A stretch of 64,000 bases of DNA from positions 138,384,001 to 138,448,000 of the forward strand of contig OZ024740.1 of NCBI GenBank assembly GCA_964016885.1, in the 5' to 3' direction. Shown one piece after another: positions 30,801 through 42,942 of this stretch (position 1 is the stretch's first letter; each line of letters starts with the position of its first letter). The position numbers were made by a program, and so were the translations under genes. The stretch comes from Eledone cirrhosa (taxonomy: Eukaryota). The notes beneath the pieces are model-generated. The model did not search any database. It was not told the origin of the DNA and saw only the letters and a list, made by a program, of their open reading frames with translations.

Positions 30801-33800
30801 TCTCCAATTCTCTCTTTCTCTTATCACTTTTCTCTCAATCTCCAATTCTCTCTTTCTCTAATCACTTTTCTCTCAATCTCCAATTCTCTCTTTCTCTTAT
30901 CACTTTTCTCTCAATCTCCAATTCTCTCTTTCTCTTATCACTTTTCTCTCAATCTCCGATTCTCTCTTTCTCTTATCACTTTTCTCTCAATCTCCAATTC
31001 TCTCTTTCTCTGATCACTTTTCTCTCAATCTCCAATTCTCTCTTTCTCTTATCACTTTTCTCTCAATCTCCAATTCTCTCTTTCTCTTATCACTTTTCTC
31101 TCAATCTCCAATTCTCTCTTTCTCTTATCACTTTTCTCTCAATCTCCAATTCTCTCTTTCTCTAATCACTTTTCTCTCAATCTCCAATTCTCTCTTTCTC
31201 TTATCACTTTTCTCTCAATCTCCAAATCTCTCTTTCTCTTATCACTTTTCTCTCAATCTCCAATTCTCTCTTTCTCTTATCACTTTTCCCTCAATCTCCA
31301 ATTCTCTCTTTCTCTTATCACTTTTCTCTCAATCTCCAATTCTCTCTTTCTCTAATCACTTTTCTCTCAACCTCCCATTCTCTCTTTCTCTTATGACGTT
31401 TCTCTCAATCACCAATTCTCTCTGTCTCTTATCACTTTTCTCTCAATCACCAATTCTCTCTGTCTCATATCACTTTTCTCTCAATCTCCAAATCTCTCTT
31501 TCTCTTATCACTTTTCTCTCAATCTCCAATTCTCTCTTTCTCTTATCACTTTTCCCTCAATCTCCAATTCTCTCTTTCTTTCATCACTTTTCTCTCAATC
31601 TCCAATTCTCTCTTTCTGTTATCACTTTTCTCTCAATCTCCAATTCTCTCTTTCTCTTATCACTTTTCTCTCAATCTCCAATTCTCTCTTTCTCTAATCA
31701 CTTTTCTCTCAATCTCCAATTCTCTCTTTCTCTTATCACTTTTCTCTCAATCTCCAATTCTCTCTTTCTCTTATCACTTTTCTCTCAATCTCCAATTCTC
31801 TCTTTCTCTTATCACTTTTCTCTCAATCTCCAATTCTCTCTTTCGCTGATCACTTTTCTCTCAATCTCTAATTCTCTCTTTCTCTTATCACTTTTCTCTC
31901 AATCTCCAATTCTCTCTTTCTCTTATCACTTTTCTCTCAATCTCCAATTCTCTCTTTCTCTTATCACTTTTCTCTCAATCTCCAATTCTCTCTTTCTCTT
32001 ATCACTTTTCTCTCAATCTCCAATTCTCTCTTTCTCTGATCACTTTTCTCTCAATCTCCAATTCTCTCTTTCTCTTATCACTTTTCTCTCAATCTCCAAT
32101 TCTCTCTTTCTCTTATCACTTTTGTCTCAATCTCCAATTCTCTCTTTCTCTTATCACTTTTCTCTCAATCTCCAATTCTCTCTGTTTCTTATCACTTTTC
32201 TCTCAATCTCCATTTCTCTCTTTCTCTTATCACTTTTATCTCAATCTCCAATTCTCTCTTTCTCTTATCACTTTTCTCTCAATCTCCAATTCTCTCTTTC
32301 TCTTATCACTTTTCTCTCAATCACCAATTCTCTCTGTCTCTTATCACTTTTCTCTCAATCTCCAATTCTCTCTTTCTCTTATCACTTTTCTCTCAATCTC
32401 CTATTCTCTCTTACTCTTATCACTTTTCTCTCAATCTCCTATTCTCTCTTACTCTTATCACTTTTCTCTCAATCTCCAAATCTCTCTTTCTCTCATCACT
32501 TTTCTCTCAATCTCCAATTCTCTCTTTCTCTTATCACTTTTCTCTCAATCTCCAATTCTCTCTTTCTCTAATCACTTTTCTCTCAATCTCCAATTCTCTC
32601 TTTCTCTTATCACTTTTCTCTCAATCTCCAATTCTCTCTTTCTCTTATCACTTTTCTCTCAATCTCCGATTCTCTCTTTCTCTTATCACTTTTCTCTCAA
32701 TCTCCAATTCTCTCTTTCTCTGATCACTTTTCTCTCAATCTCCAATTCTCTCTTTCTCTTATCACTTTTCTCTCAATCTCCAATTCTCTCTTTCTCTTAT
32801 CACTTTTCTCTCAATCTCCAATTCTCTCTTTCTCTTATCACTTTTCTCTCAATCTCCAATTCTCTCTTTCTCTTATCACTTTTCTCTCAATCTCCAATTC
32901 TCTCTTTCTCTTATCACTTTTCTCTCAATCTCCAAATCTCTCTTTCTCTTATCACTTTTCTCTCAATCTCCAATTCTCTCTTTCTCTTATCACTTTTCCC
33001 TCAATCTCCAATTCTCTCTTTCTCTTATCACTTTTCTCTCAATCTCCAATTCTCTCTTTCTCTAATCACTTTTCTCTCAACCTCCCATTCTCTCTTTCTC
33101 TTATGACGTTTCTCTCAATCACCAATTCTCTCTGTCTCTTATCACTTTTCTCTCAATCACCAATTCTCTCTGTCTCATATCACTTTTCTCTCAATCTCCA
33201 AATCTCTCTTTCTCTTATCACTTTTCTCTCAATCTCCAATTCTCTCTTTCTCTTATCACTTTTCCCTCAATCTCCAATTCTCTCTTTCTTTCATCACTTT
33301 TCTCTCAATCTCCAATTCTCTCTTTCTCTTATCACTTTTCTCTCAATCTCCAATTCTCTCTTTCTCTAATCACTTTTCTCTCAATCTCCAATTCTCTCTT
33401 TCTCTTATCACTTTTCTCTCAATCTCCAATTCTCTCTTTCTCTTATCACTTTTCTCTCAATCTCCAATTCTCTCTTTCTCTTATCACTTTTCTCTCAATC
33501 TCCAATTCTCTCTTTCGCTGATCACTTTTCTCTCAATCTCCAATTCTCTCTTTCTCTTATCACTTTTCTCTCAATCTCCAATTCTCTCTTTCTCTTATCA
33601 CTTTTCTCTCAATCTCCAATTCTCTCTTTCTCTTATCACTTTTCTCTCAATCTCCAATTCTCTCTTTCTCTTATCAGTTTTCTCTCAATCTCCAATTCTC
33701 TCTTTCTCTTATCACTTTTCTCTCAATCTCCAATTCTCTCTTTCTCTTATCACTTTTCTCTCAATCTCCAATTCTCTCTTTCTCTTATCACTTTTCTCTC

Positions 33801-35320
33801 AATCTCCAATTCTCTCTGTTTCTTATCACTTTTCTCTCAATCTCCAATTCTCTCTTTCTCTTATCACTTTTCTCTCAATCTCCAATTCTCTCTTTCTCTT
33901 ATCACTTTTCTCTCAATCTCCAATTCTCTCTTTCTCTTATCACTTTTCTCTCAATCTCCAATTCTCTCTTTCTCTTATCACTTTTTTCTCAATCTCCAAT
34001 TCTCTCTTTCTCTTATCACTTTTCTCTCAATCTCCAATTCTCTCTTTCTCTTATCACTTTTCTCTCAATCTCCAATTCTCTCTTTCTCTTATCACTTTTC
34101 TCTCACTCTCCAATTCTCTCTTTTTCTTATCACTTTTCTCTCAATCTCTAATTCTCTCTGTTGTTTCTTATCACTTTTCTCTCAATCTCATATTCTCTCT
34201 TTCTCTTATTACTTTTCTCTCAATCTCCAATTCTCTCTTTCTCATATCACTTTTCTCTCAATCTCCAATTTTCTCTTTCTCTTATCACATTTCTCTCAAT
34301 CTCCACTTCTCTCTTTCTCTTATCACTTTTCTCTCAACCTCCCATTCTCTCTTTCTCTTATGACGTTTCTCTCAATCACTAATTCTCTCTGTCTCTTATC
34401 ACTTTTCTCTCAATCACCAATTCTCTCTGTCTCATATCACTTTTCTCTCAATCTCCAAATCTCTCTTTCTCTTATCACTTTTCTCTCAATCTCCAATTCT
34501 CTCTTTCTCTTATCACTTTTCCCTCAATCTCCAATTCTCTCTTTCTCTTATCACTTTTCTCTCAATCTCCAATTCTCTCTTTCTCTTATGACTTTTCTCT
34601 CAATCACCAATTCTCTCTGTCTCTTATCACTTTTCTCTCAATCTCCAATTCTCTCTTTCTCTTATCACTTTTCTCTCAATCTCCAATTCTCTCTTACTCT
34701 TATCACTTTTTTCTCAATCTCCAAATCTCTCTTTCTCTCATCACTTTTCTCTCAATCTCCAATTCTCTCTTTCTCTTATCACTTTTCTCTCAATCTCCAA
34801 TTCTCTCTTTCTCTAATCACTTTTCTCTCAATCTCCAATTCTCTCTTTCTCTTATCACTTTTCTCTCAATCTCCAATTCTCTCTTTCTCTTATCACTTTT
34901 CTCTCAATCTCCGATTCTCTCTTTCTCTTATCACTTTTCTCTCAATCTCCAATTCTCTCTTTCTCTGATCACTTTTCTCTCAATCTCCAATTCTCTCTTT
35001 CTCTTACCACTTTTCTCTCAATCTCCAATTCTCTCTTTCTCTTATCACTTTTCTCTCAATCTCCAATTCTCTCTTTCTCTTATCACTTTTCTCTCAATCT
35101 CCAAATCTCTCTTTCTCTTATCACTTTTCTCTCAATCTCCAATTCTCTCTTTCTCTTATCACTTTTCCCTCAATCTCCAATTCTCTCTTTCTCTTATCAC
35201 TTTTCTCTCAATCTCCAATTCTCTCTTTCTCTAATCACTTTTCTCTCAACCTCCCATTCTCTCTTTCTCTTATGACATTTCTCTCAATCACCAATTGTCT
35301 CTGTCTCTTATCACTTTTCT
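24830..35320 (+). repeat. Tandem duplication of a 5,247-bp (138-monomer) block that itself contains a 1,710-bp (45-monomer) duplication; ends approximate
   Basis: Marker pairs 25165/30412, 26146/31393, 27856/33103, 28914/34161 and 29113/34360 all differ by 5247. Pairs 26146/27856 and 31393/33103 differ by 1710. Confidence 0.9.
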
Positions 35321-38300
35321 ATCAATCACCAATTCTCTCTGTCTCATATCACTTTTCTCTCAATCTCCAAATCTCTCTTTCTCTTATCACTTTTCTCTCA
35401 ATCTCCAATTCTCTCTTTCTCTTATCACTTTTCCCTCAATCTCCAATTCTCTCTTTCTTTAATCACTTTTCTCTCAATCTCCAATTCTCTCTTTCTCTTA
35501 TCACTTTTCTCTCAATCTCCAATTCTCTCTTTCTCTAATCACTTTTCTCTCAATCTCCAATTCTCTCTTTCTCTTATCACTTTTCTCTCAATCTCCAATT
35601 CTCTCTTTCTCTTATCACTTTTCTCTCAATCTCCAATTCTCTCTTTCTCTTATCACTTTTCTCTCAATCTCCAATTCTCTCTTTCGCTGATCACTTTTCT
35701 CTCAATCTCCAATTCTCTCTTTCTCTTATCACTTTTCTCTCAATCTCCAATTCTCTCTTTCTCTTATCACTTTTCTCTCAATCTCCAATTCTCTCTTTCT
35801 CTTATCACTTTTCTCTCAATCTCCAATTCTCTCTTTCTCTTATCACTTTTCTCTCAATCTCCAATTCTCTCTTTCTCTGATCACTTTTCTCTCAATCTCC
35901 AATTCTCTCTTTCTCTTATCACTTTTCTCTCAATCTCCAATTCTCTCTTTCTCTTATCACTTTTGTCTCAATCTCCAATTCTCTCTTTCTCTTATCACTT
36001 TTCTCTCAATCTCCAATTCTCTCTGTTTCTTATCACTTTTCTCTCAATCTCCAATTCTCTCTTTCTCTTATCACTTTTATCTCAATCTCCAATTCTCTCT
36101 TTCTCTTATCACTTTTCTCTCAATCTCCAATTCTCTCTTTCTCTTATCACTTTTCTCTCAATCTCCAATTCTCTCTTTCTCTGATCACTTTTCTCTCAAT
36201 CTCCAATTCTCTCTTTCTCTTATCACTTTTCTCTCATTCTCCAATTCTCTCTTGCTCTTATCATTTTTCTCTCAATCTCCAATTCTCTCTTTCTCTTATC
36301 ACTTTTCTCTCAATCTCCAATTCTATCTTTCTCTTATCACTTTTCTCTCAATCTCCATATCTCTCTCTCTTATCACTTTTCTCTCAATCTCCAATTCTCT
36401 CTTTCTCTTATCACTTTTCTCTCAATCTCCAATTCTCTCTTTCTCTTATCACTTTTGTCTCAATCTCCAATTCTCTCTTTCTCTTATCACTTTTCTCTCA
36501 ATCTCCAATTCTCTCTTTCTCTTATCACTTTTCTCTCAATCTCCAATTCTCTCTTTCTCTGATCACTTTTCTCTCAATCTCCAATTCTCTCTTTCTCTTA
36601 TCACTTTTCTCTCAATCTCCAATTCTCTCTTTCTCTTATCACTTTTGTCTCAATCTCCAATTCTCTCTTTCTCTTATCACTTTTCTCTCAATCTCCAATT
36701 CTCTCTGTTTCTTATCACTTTTCTCTCAATCTCCAATTCTCTCTTTCTCTTATCACTTTTATCTCAATCTCCAATTCTCTCTTTCTCTTATCACTTTTCT
36801 CTCAATCTCCAATTCTCTCTTTCTCTTATCACTTTTCTCTCAATCTCCAATTCTCTCTTTCTCTGATCACTTTTCTCTCAATCTCCAATTCTCTCTTTCT
36901 CTTATCACTTTTCTCTCATTCTCCAATTCTCTCTTTCTCTTATCATTTTTCTCTCAATCTCCAATTCTCTCTTTCTCTTATCACTTTTCTCTCAATCTCC
37001 AATTCTCTTTGTTTCTTATCACTTTTCTCTCAATCTCCAATTCTCTCGTTATCTTATCACTTTTCTCTCAATCTCCAATACTCTCTTTCTCTTATCACTT
37101 TTCTCTCAATCTCCAATTCTCTCTTTCTCTTATCACTTTTCTCTCAATCTCCAATTCTATCTTTCTCTTATCACTTTTCTCTCAATCTCCATATCTCTCT
37201 CTCTTATCACTTTTCTCTCAATCTCCAATTCTCTCTTTTTCTTATCACTTTTCCCTCAATCTCCAATTCTCTCTTTCTCTTATCACTTTTCTCTCAACCT
37301 CCCATTCTCTCTTTCTCTTATGACTTTTCTCTGAATCACCAATTCTCTATGTCTCTTATCACTTTTCTCTGAATCTCCAATTCTCTCTTTCTGTTATCAC
37401 TTTTCTCTCAATCTCCAATTCTCTCTTTCTCTTATCACTTTTCTCTCAATCTCCAATTCTCTCGTTCTCTTATCACTTTTCTCTCAATCTCCAATTCTCT
37501 CTGTTTCTTATCACTTTTCTCTCAATCTCCAATTCTCTCTCTCTGTTATCACTTTTCCCCCAATCTCCCAATCTCTCTCTCTCATATCACTTTTCTCACA
37601 ATCTCCAATTCTCTCTTTCTCTTATCACTTTTCTCCCAATCTCCCATTCTCTCTCTCTCATATCACTTTTCTCTCAATCTCCAATTCTCTCTTTCTCTTA
37701 TCACTTTTCCCTCAATCTCCAATTCTCTCTTTCTCTTATCACTTTTCTCTCAATCTCCAATTCTCTCTCTCTCTTATCACTTTCTCTCTCAATCTCCAAT
37801 TCTCTCTTTTTCCTATCACTTTTCCCTCAATCTCCAATTCTCTCTTTCTCTCATCACTTTTCTCTCAATCTCCAATTCTCTCTTTCTCTTATCACTTTTC
37901 TCTCAATCTCCAATTGTCTCTTTCTCTTATCACTTTTCTCTCAATCTCCAATTCTCTCTTTCTCTTATCACTTGTCTCTCAATCTCCAATTCTCTCTTTC
38001 TCTTATCACTTTTCTCTCAATCTCCAATTCTCTCTTTCTCTTATCACTTTTCTCTCAATCTCCAATTCTCTCTGTTTCTTATCACTTTTCTCTCAATCTC
38101 CAATTCTCTCTTTCTCTTATCACTTTTCTCTCAATCTCCAATTCTCTCTTTCTCTTATCACTTTTCTCTCAATCTCCAATTCTCTCTTTCTCTTATCACT
38201 TTTCTCTCAATCTCCAATTCTCTCTTTCTCTCATCACTTTTCTCTCAATCTCCAATTCTCTCTTTCTCTTATCACTTTTCTCTCAATCTCCAATTCTCTG

Positions 38301-40971
38301 TTTCTCTTATCACTTTTCTCTCAATCTCCAATTCTCTCTTTCTCTTATCACTTTTCTCTCAATCTCCAATTCTCTCTTTCTCTTATCCCTTTTCTCTCAA
38401 TCTCCAATTCTCTCTTTCTCTGATCACTTTTCTCTCAATCTCCAATTCTCTCTTACTCTTATCACTTTTCTCTCAATCTCCAATTCTCTCTTTCTCTTAT
38501 CACTTTTCTCTCAATCTCCAATTCTCTCTTTCTCTTATCACTTTTCTCTCAATCTCCAATTCTCTCTTTCTCTTATCACTTTTCTCTCAATCTCCAATTC
38601 TCTCTTTCTCTTATCACTTTTCTCTCAATCTCCAATTCTCTCTTTCTCTGATCACTTTTCTCTCAATCTCCAATTTTCTCTTTCTCTTATCACTTTTCTC
38701 TCAATCTCCAATTCTTTCTTTCTCTTATCACTTTTCTCTCAATCTCCAATTCTCTCTTTCTCTTATCACTTTTCTCTCAATCTCCAATTCTCTCATTCTC
38801 TTATCACTTTTCTCTCAATCTCCAATTCTCTCTTTCTCTTATCACTTTTCTCTCAATCTCCAATTCTCTCTTTCTCTTATCACTTTTCTCTCATTCTCCA
38901 ATTCTCTCTTTCTCTTATCATTTTTCTCTCAATCTCCAATTCTCTCTTTCTCTTATCACTTTTCTCTCAATCTCCAATTCTCTCTGTTTCTTATCACTTT
39001 TCTCTCAATCTCCAATTCTCTCTTTCTCTTATCACTTTTCTCTCAATCTCCAATACTCTCTTTCTCTTATCACTTTTCTCTCAATCTCCAATTCTCTCTT
39101 TCTCTTATCACTTTTCTCTCAATCTCCAATTCTCTCTTTCTCTCATCACTTTTCTCTCAATCTCCAATTCTCTCTCTCTCTTATCACTTTTCTCTCAATC
39201 TCCAATTCTCTCTTTTTCTTATCACTTTTCCCTCAATCTCCAATTCTCTCTTTCTCTTATCACTTTTCTCTCAATCTCCAATTCTCTCTTTCTCTTATCA
39301 CTTTTCTCTCAATCTCCAATTCTCCCTTTCTCTTATCACTTTTCTCTCAATCTCTAATTCTCTCTGTTTCTTATCACTTTTCTCTCAATCTCATATTCTC
39401 TATTTCTCTTATCACTTTTCTCTCAATCTCCAATTCTCTCTTTCTCTTATCACTTTTCTCTCAATCTCCAATTCTCTCTCTCTCTTATCACTTTTTCTCT
39501 CAATCTCCAATTCTCTCTTTTTCTTATCACTTTTCCCTCAATCTCCAATTCTCTCTTTCTCTTATCATTTTTCTCTCAACCTCCCATTCTCTCTTTCTCT
39601 TATGACTTTTCTCTCAATCACCAATTCTCTATGTCTCTTATCACTTTTCTCTGAATCTCCAATTCTCTCTTTCTCTTATCACTTTTCTCTCAATCTCCCA
39701 TTCTCTCTTTCTCTTATCACTTTTCTCTCAATCTCCAATTCTCTCTTTCTCTTATCACTTTTCTCTCAATCTCCAATTCTCTCTGTTTCTTATCACTTTT
39801 CTCTCAATCTCCAATTCTCTCTTTCTCTTATCACTTTTCTCTCAATCTCCAATTCTCTCTGTTTCTTATCACTTTTCTCTTAATCTCCAATTCTCTCTCT
39901 CTGTTATCACTTTTCCCCCAATCTCCCATTCTCTCTCTCTCATACCACTTTTCTCTCAATCTCCAATTTTCTCTTTCTCTTATCACATTTCTCTCAATCT
40001 CCACTTCTCTCTTTCTCTTATCACTTTTCTCTCAACCTCCCATTCTCTCTTTCTCTTATGACTTTTCTCTCAATCACCAATTCTCTCTGTCTCTTATCAC
40101 TTTTCTCTCAATCACCAATTCTCTCTTTCTCTTATCACTTTTCTCTCAATCTCCAATTCTCTCCTTCTCTTATCACTTTTCTCTCAATCTCCAATTCTCT
40201 CTTTCTCTTATCACTTTTCTCTCAATCTCCAATTCTCTCTTTCTCTTATCACTTTTCTCTCAATCTCCAATTCTCTCTTTCTCTTATCACTTTTCTCTCA
40301 ATCTCCAATTCTCTCTTTCTCTTATCACTTTTCTCTCAATCTCCAATTCTCTCTTTCTCTTATCACTTTTCTCTCAATCTCCAATTGTCTCTTTCTCTTA
40401 TCACTTTTCTCTCAATCTCCAATTCTCCCTTTCTCTTATCACTTTTCTCTCAATCTCCAATTCTCTCTTTTTCTTATCACTTTTCTCTCAATCTCTAATT
40501 CTCTCTGTTTCTTATCACTTTTCTCTCAATCTCCAATTCTCTCTTTCTCTTATTACTTTTCTCTCAATCTCCAATTCTCTCTTTCTCTTATCACTTTTCT
40601 CTCAATCTCCAATTCTCTCTTTCTCTTATCACTTTTGTCTCAATCTCCAATTCTCTCTTTCTCTTATCACTTTTCTCTCAATCTCCAATTCTCTCTTTCT
40701 CTGATCACTTTTCTCTCAATCTCCAATTCTCTCTTTCTCTTATCACTTTTCTCTCAATCTCCAATTCTCTCTTTCTCTTATCATTTTTCTCTCAATCTCC
40801 AATTCTCTCTTTCTCTTATCACTTTTCTCTCAATCTCCAATTCTCTCTGTTTCTTATCACTTTTCCCTCAATCTCCAATTCTCTCTTTCTCTTATCACTT
40901 TTCTCTCAATCTCCAATTCTCTCTTTCTCTTATCACTTTTCTCTCAATCTCCGAATCTCTCTTTCTCTTAT

Positions 40972-40975
40972 CCCT
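40972..40975 (+). other. Left copy of a probable 4-bp target-site duplication (CCCT; right copy CACT at 46561-46564)
   Basis: The left flank ends ...TCTTAT-CCCT and the right flank begins CACT-TTTCTC. The monomer reads TCTTAT-CACT-TTTCTC, so four monomer positions occur twice, with one mismatch. Confidence 0.7.
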
Positions 40976-41221
40976 TGTTGTAAGACGCCTCACGCGTCTT
41001 GATAGAACAACCCTAGTTATCTCCCGCTGGTTGAGAACGCGAGGAGAAAAACAGACAGCCACTGGAAAGCAGACTGATCACACGCCAGAAACCAGTCTCT
41101 GTGCCACACCATCGTTTGTGCTACATCAAAAATAAACATATATTTCATCTCTAATTTATGCTGTTGAAATCATTATTATGTCACTCGTGTCTCAATAACA
41201 TCTATAATCAATACTGCTAAA
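40976..41221 (+). repeat. 5' LTR (246 bp)
   Basis: Starts TGTTGTAAGACGCC and ends ATACTGCTAAA. Matches 46315-46560 with 5 substitutions counted by eye. AATAAA at 41131-41136. Confidence 0.95.
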
Positions 41222-41222
41222 G

Positions 41223-41235
41223 TGGTGACCGACGT
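41223..41235 (+). promoter_or_regulatory. Primer-binding site, tRNA-Trp-like
   Basis: TGGTGACCGACGT lies 1 nt after the 5' LTR. It resembles the canonical Trp PBS TGGTGACCCCGACGT with two C missing. Confidence 0.8.
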
Positions 41236-41382
41236 ACGAATTTAACGCAGCCCTTCTTTTTCGTTCAGTTGAACTTTTATTGCCACGTTACCGGCCTTTT
41301 CGCAACTTGCGAAGATACAATATATTCCTTTCAAAGTTTTTTTTGAAAAATTAGCAGTATTTCAAAAGCTTTTCGCTACACT

Positions 41383-41399
41383 CGACAACAACAACGACA

Positions 41400-41459
<60 letters not shown>

Positions 41460-41460
41460 A
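41383..41460 (+). repeat. (CAG)17 microsatellite (41404-41454) with CAA/CGA-degenerate flanks, in the element leader
   Basis: 51 bp of pure CAG, preceded by CGACAACAACAACGACAGCAA. Confidence 0.95.
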
Positions 41461-42166
41461 CTTTTTTTAACCACTGACCAATACAGGGAATAGTGAGTGG
41501 CCGCTTTATAGCCTTACCGACGCAAACCACCACACATCGGAAATTTCAAAACGATTCATTCGTGTAATTAATTTAAAGCAGTCCTTTTTATTCACTTGAA
41601 TATTTCACTGCCGTTGCCAACCTTTTCGCAACTTACACAAAAAAAAAAAGAAAAAAAAAAAAGAGAGAATTTTTCCAAGGTGTCGTTGCGTTCCTTCCCC
41701 GTTTTTGTAATTTTCCGACGGGGACATTTTTGGAAATGCGTGTGTGTTCCATGACTGATCAAGAGAGAAGAGAAGAAACTTTTTTTGTGAATATTACTGC
41801 CCCGCAGGGGATATACATGCCTTACCTTTTTCTAATGAATTTTTAGCCACTGGCTACATTTGTTGATATCCAACGTGGATATATTCTAAAACAAACATTT
41901 TTTTTTCCCTCTTTTTTACCTTATTTGATTTGGCTGGTTCGTTGAAGCAACACGAGGGGACAGACGTTGAAGGAAATTTTTTTTTTTAAAAGATATATAT
42001 ATGTATTTTATGTATTTTTCATATTTCCTAATGTTTTGAATGTCTGTTTCTTTTTGACCTTTAACTTTTTCTCAATTTTGGCTGTTCGCTTTTCACTGTA
42101 CGAGGGTATATTAATTGTTATTTAGATATATATGTATATATATTTTTTTAAATTTTAAACGTTACC

Positions 42167-42942
42167 ATGAATGTGCCACATTTGCCCGCCTTTACTGGAA
42201 AACCTAAGATGTGGTTTGCCCAGTTACAGGCGTATTTTACGGTCTGTAAGACCGAATCTGACCAGCGCCTCGCTGTACTGATTAGCGGACTTCCCCCTAA
42301 TCTAGCAGATTCGGTTCAAGACCTAATTACAGACCCCCCTTTGACTTAACGTATGAGTCTTTGAAGGGCGAGATTTTGAGGAGGAATTGTAAGTCAGTAG
42401 AGAGTCGTTTTCGGTCATTGATCGAGGACGAACGATTAGGTGACAGGACCCCTACCGCTTTTCTCCGTCATTTGCGGGATTTGAGCGATTCCCAAGATCA
42501 GGATAGCCCTTTCCTGAAGCAATTGTTCTTCTCTCGCCTACCTCAAGAGGTACAGGCGATCCTAGCCCATATGCTAGAGGTAAATACCCTCGATCACATT
42601 GCTGTCTCTGCTGACAAAATTGTAGAGGTGACGAAGAGAGACACTTCGAAGCCAAAGTACGTTGCTTCCTCTTCTCTTCCTCAATCACGCTCATCAGCGT
42701 CTGATGACAAATTAATCACCACAATGGAAGCCATGACTCGTCAAATGGCGGAGTTGTGCCAGGAATTCAGGTCTTTTGGACGGCAGAGGAGCCGCTCACC
42801 ACGTTATTCAACTCCTCGCCACCGTAGCCCTTCCAACACAACAGAAACACCATATTGTTATTACCATGACAGATATGGTAAAAAAGTCGCCCATTGTAGG
42901 CCTCCTTGTGCTTACGAGGGAAAAGACGACCAGAGTCACTAA
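42167..42942 (+). pseudogene. gag: Gag, split by a 1-nt frame break near 42334-42343
   Basis: The N-terminal part (LPAFTGKPKMWFAQLQAYF) joins in the -1 frame to DLTYESLKGEILRR...LGDRTPTAFLRHLR...LKQLFFSRLPQEVQAIL. An RS-rich linker precedes the knuckle CYYHDRYGKKVAHCRPPC (C-X2-H-X9-C-X3-C, 42856-42909). Confidence 0.88.

Larger units (their letters stand above)
1..40975 (+). repeat. 38-bp tandem satellite array, left arm (about 1,080 monomers), continuing beyond the window start
   Basis: Monomer CAATCTCCAATTCTCTCTTTCTCTTATCACTTTTCTCT repeats head-to-tail from base 1. Spacings between variant markers are multiples of 38 once small indels are counted (912=24x38, 1710=45x38, 2052=54x38). Confidence 0.99.

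Noticed and set aside
514-40498. Dozens of repeated MTFLSITNSL... and similar ORFs
   Set aside because: Same satellite artefact. They are useful only as markers of higher-order repeats.
1-40975. CRISPR-like array (repeat length 38 bp)
   Set aside because: Monomers are directly adjacent with no unique spacers, there are no cas genes, and the context is eukaryotic.
40635-41135. ORF running from satellite into the 5' LTR
   Set aside because: Chance read-through from stop-free satellite with a TTG start.
41351-41533. Minus-strand poly-Ala ORF
   Set aside because: It is a translation of the CAG microsatellite in the leader, with no other coding signal.
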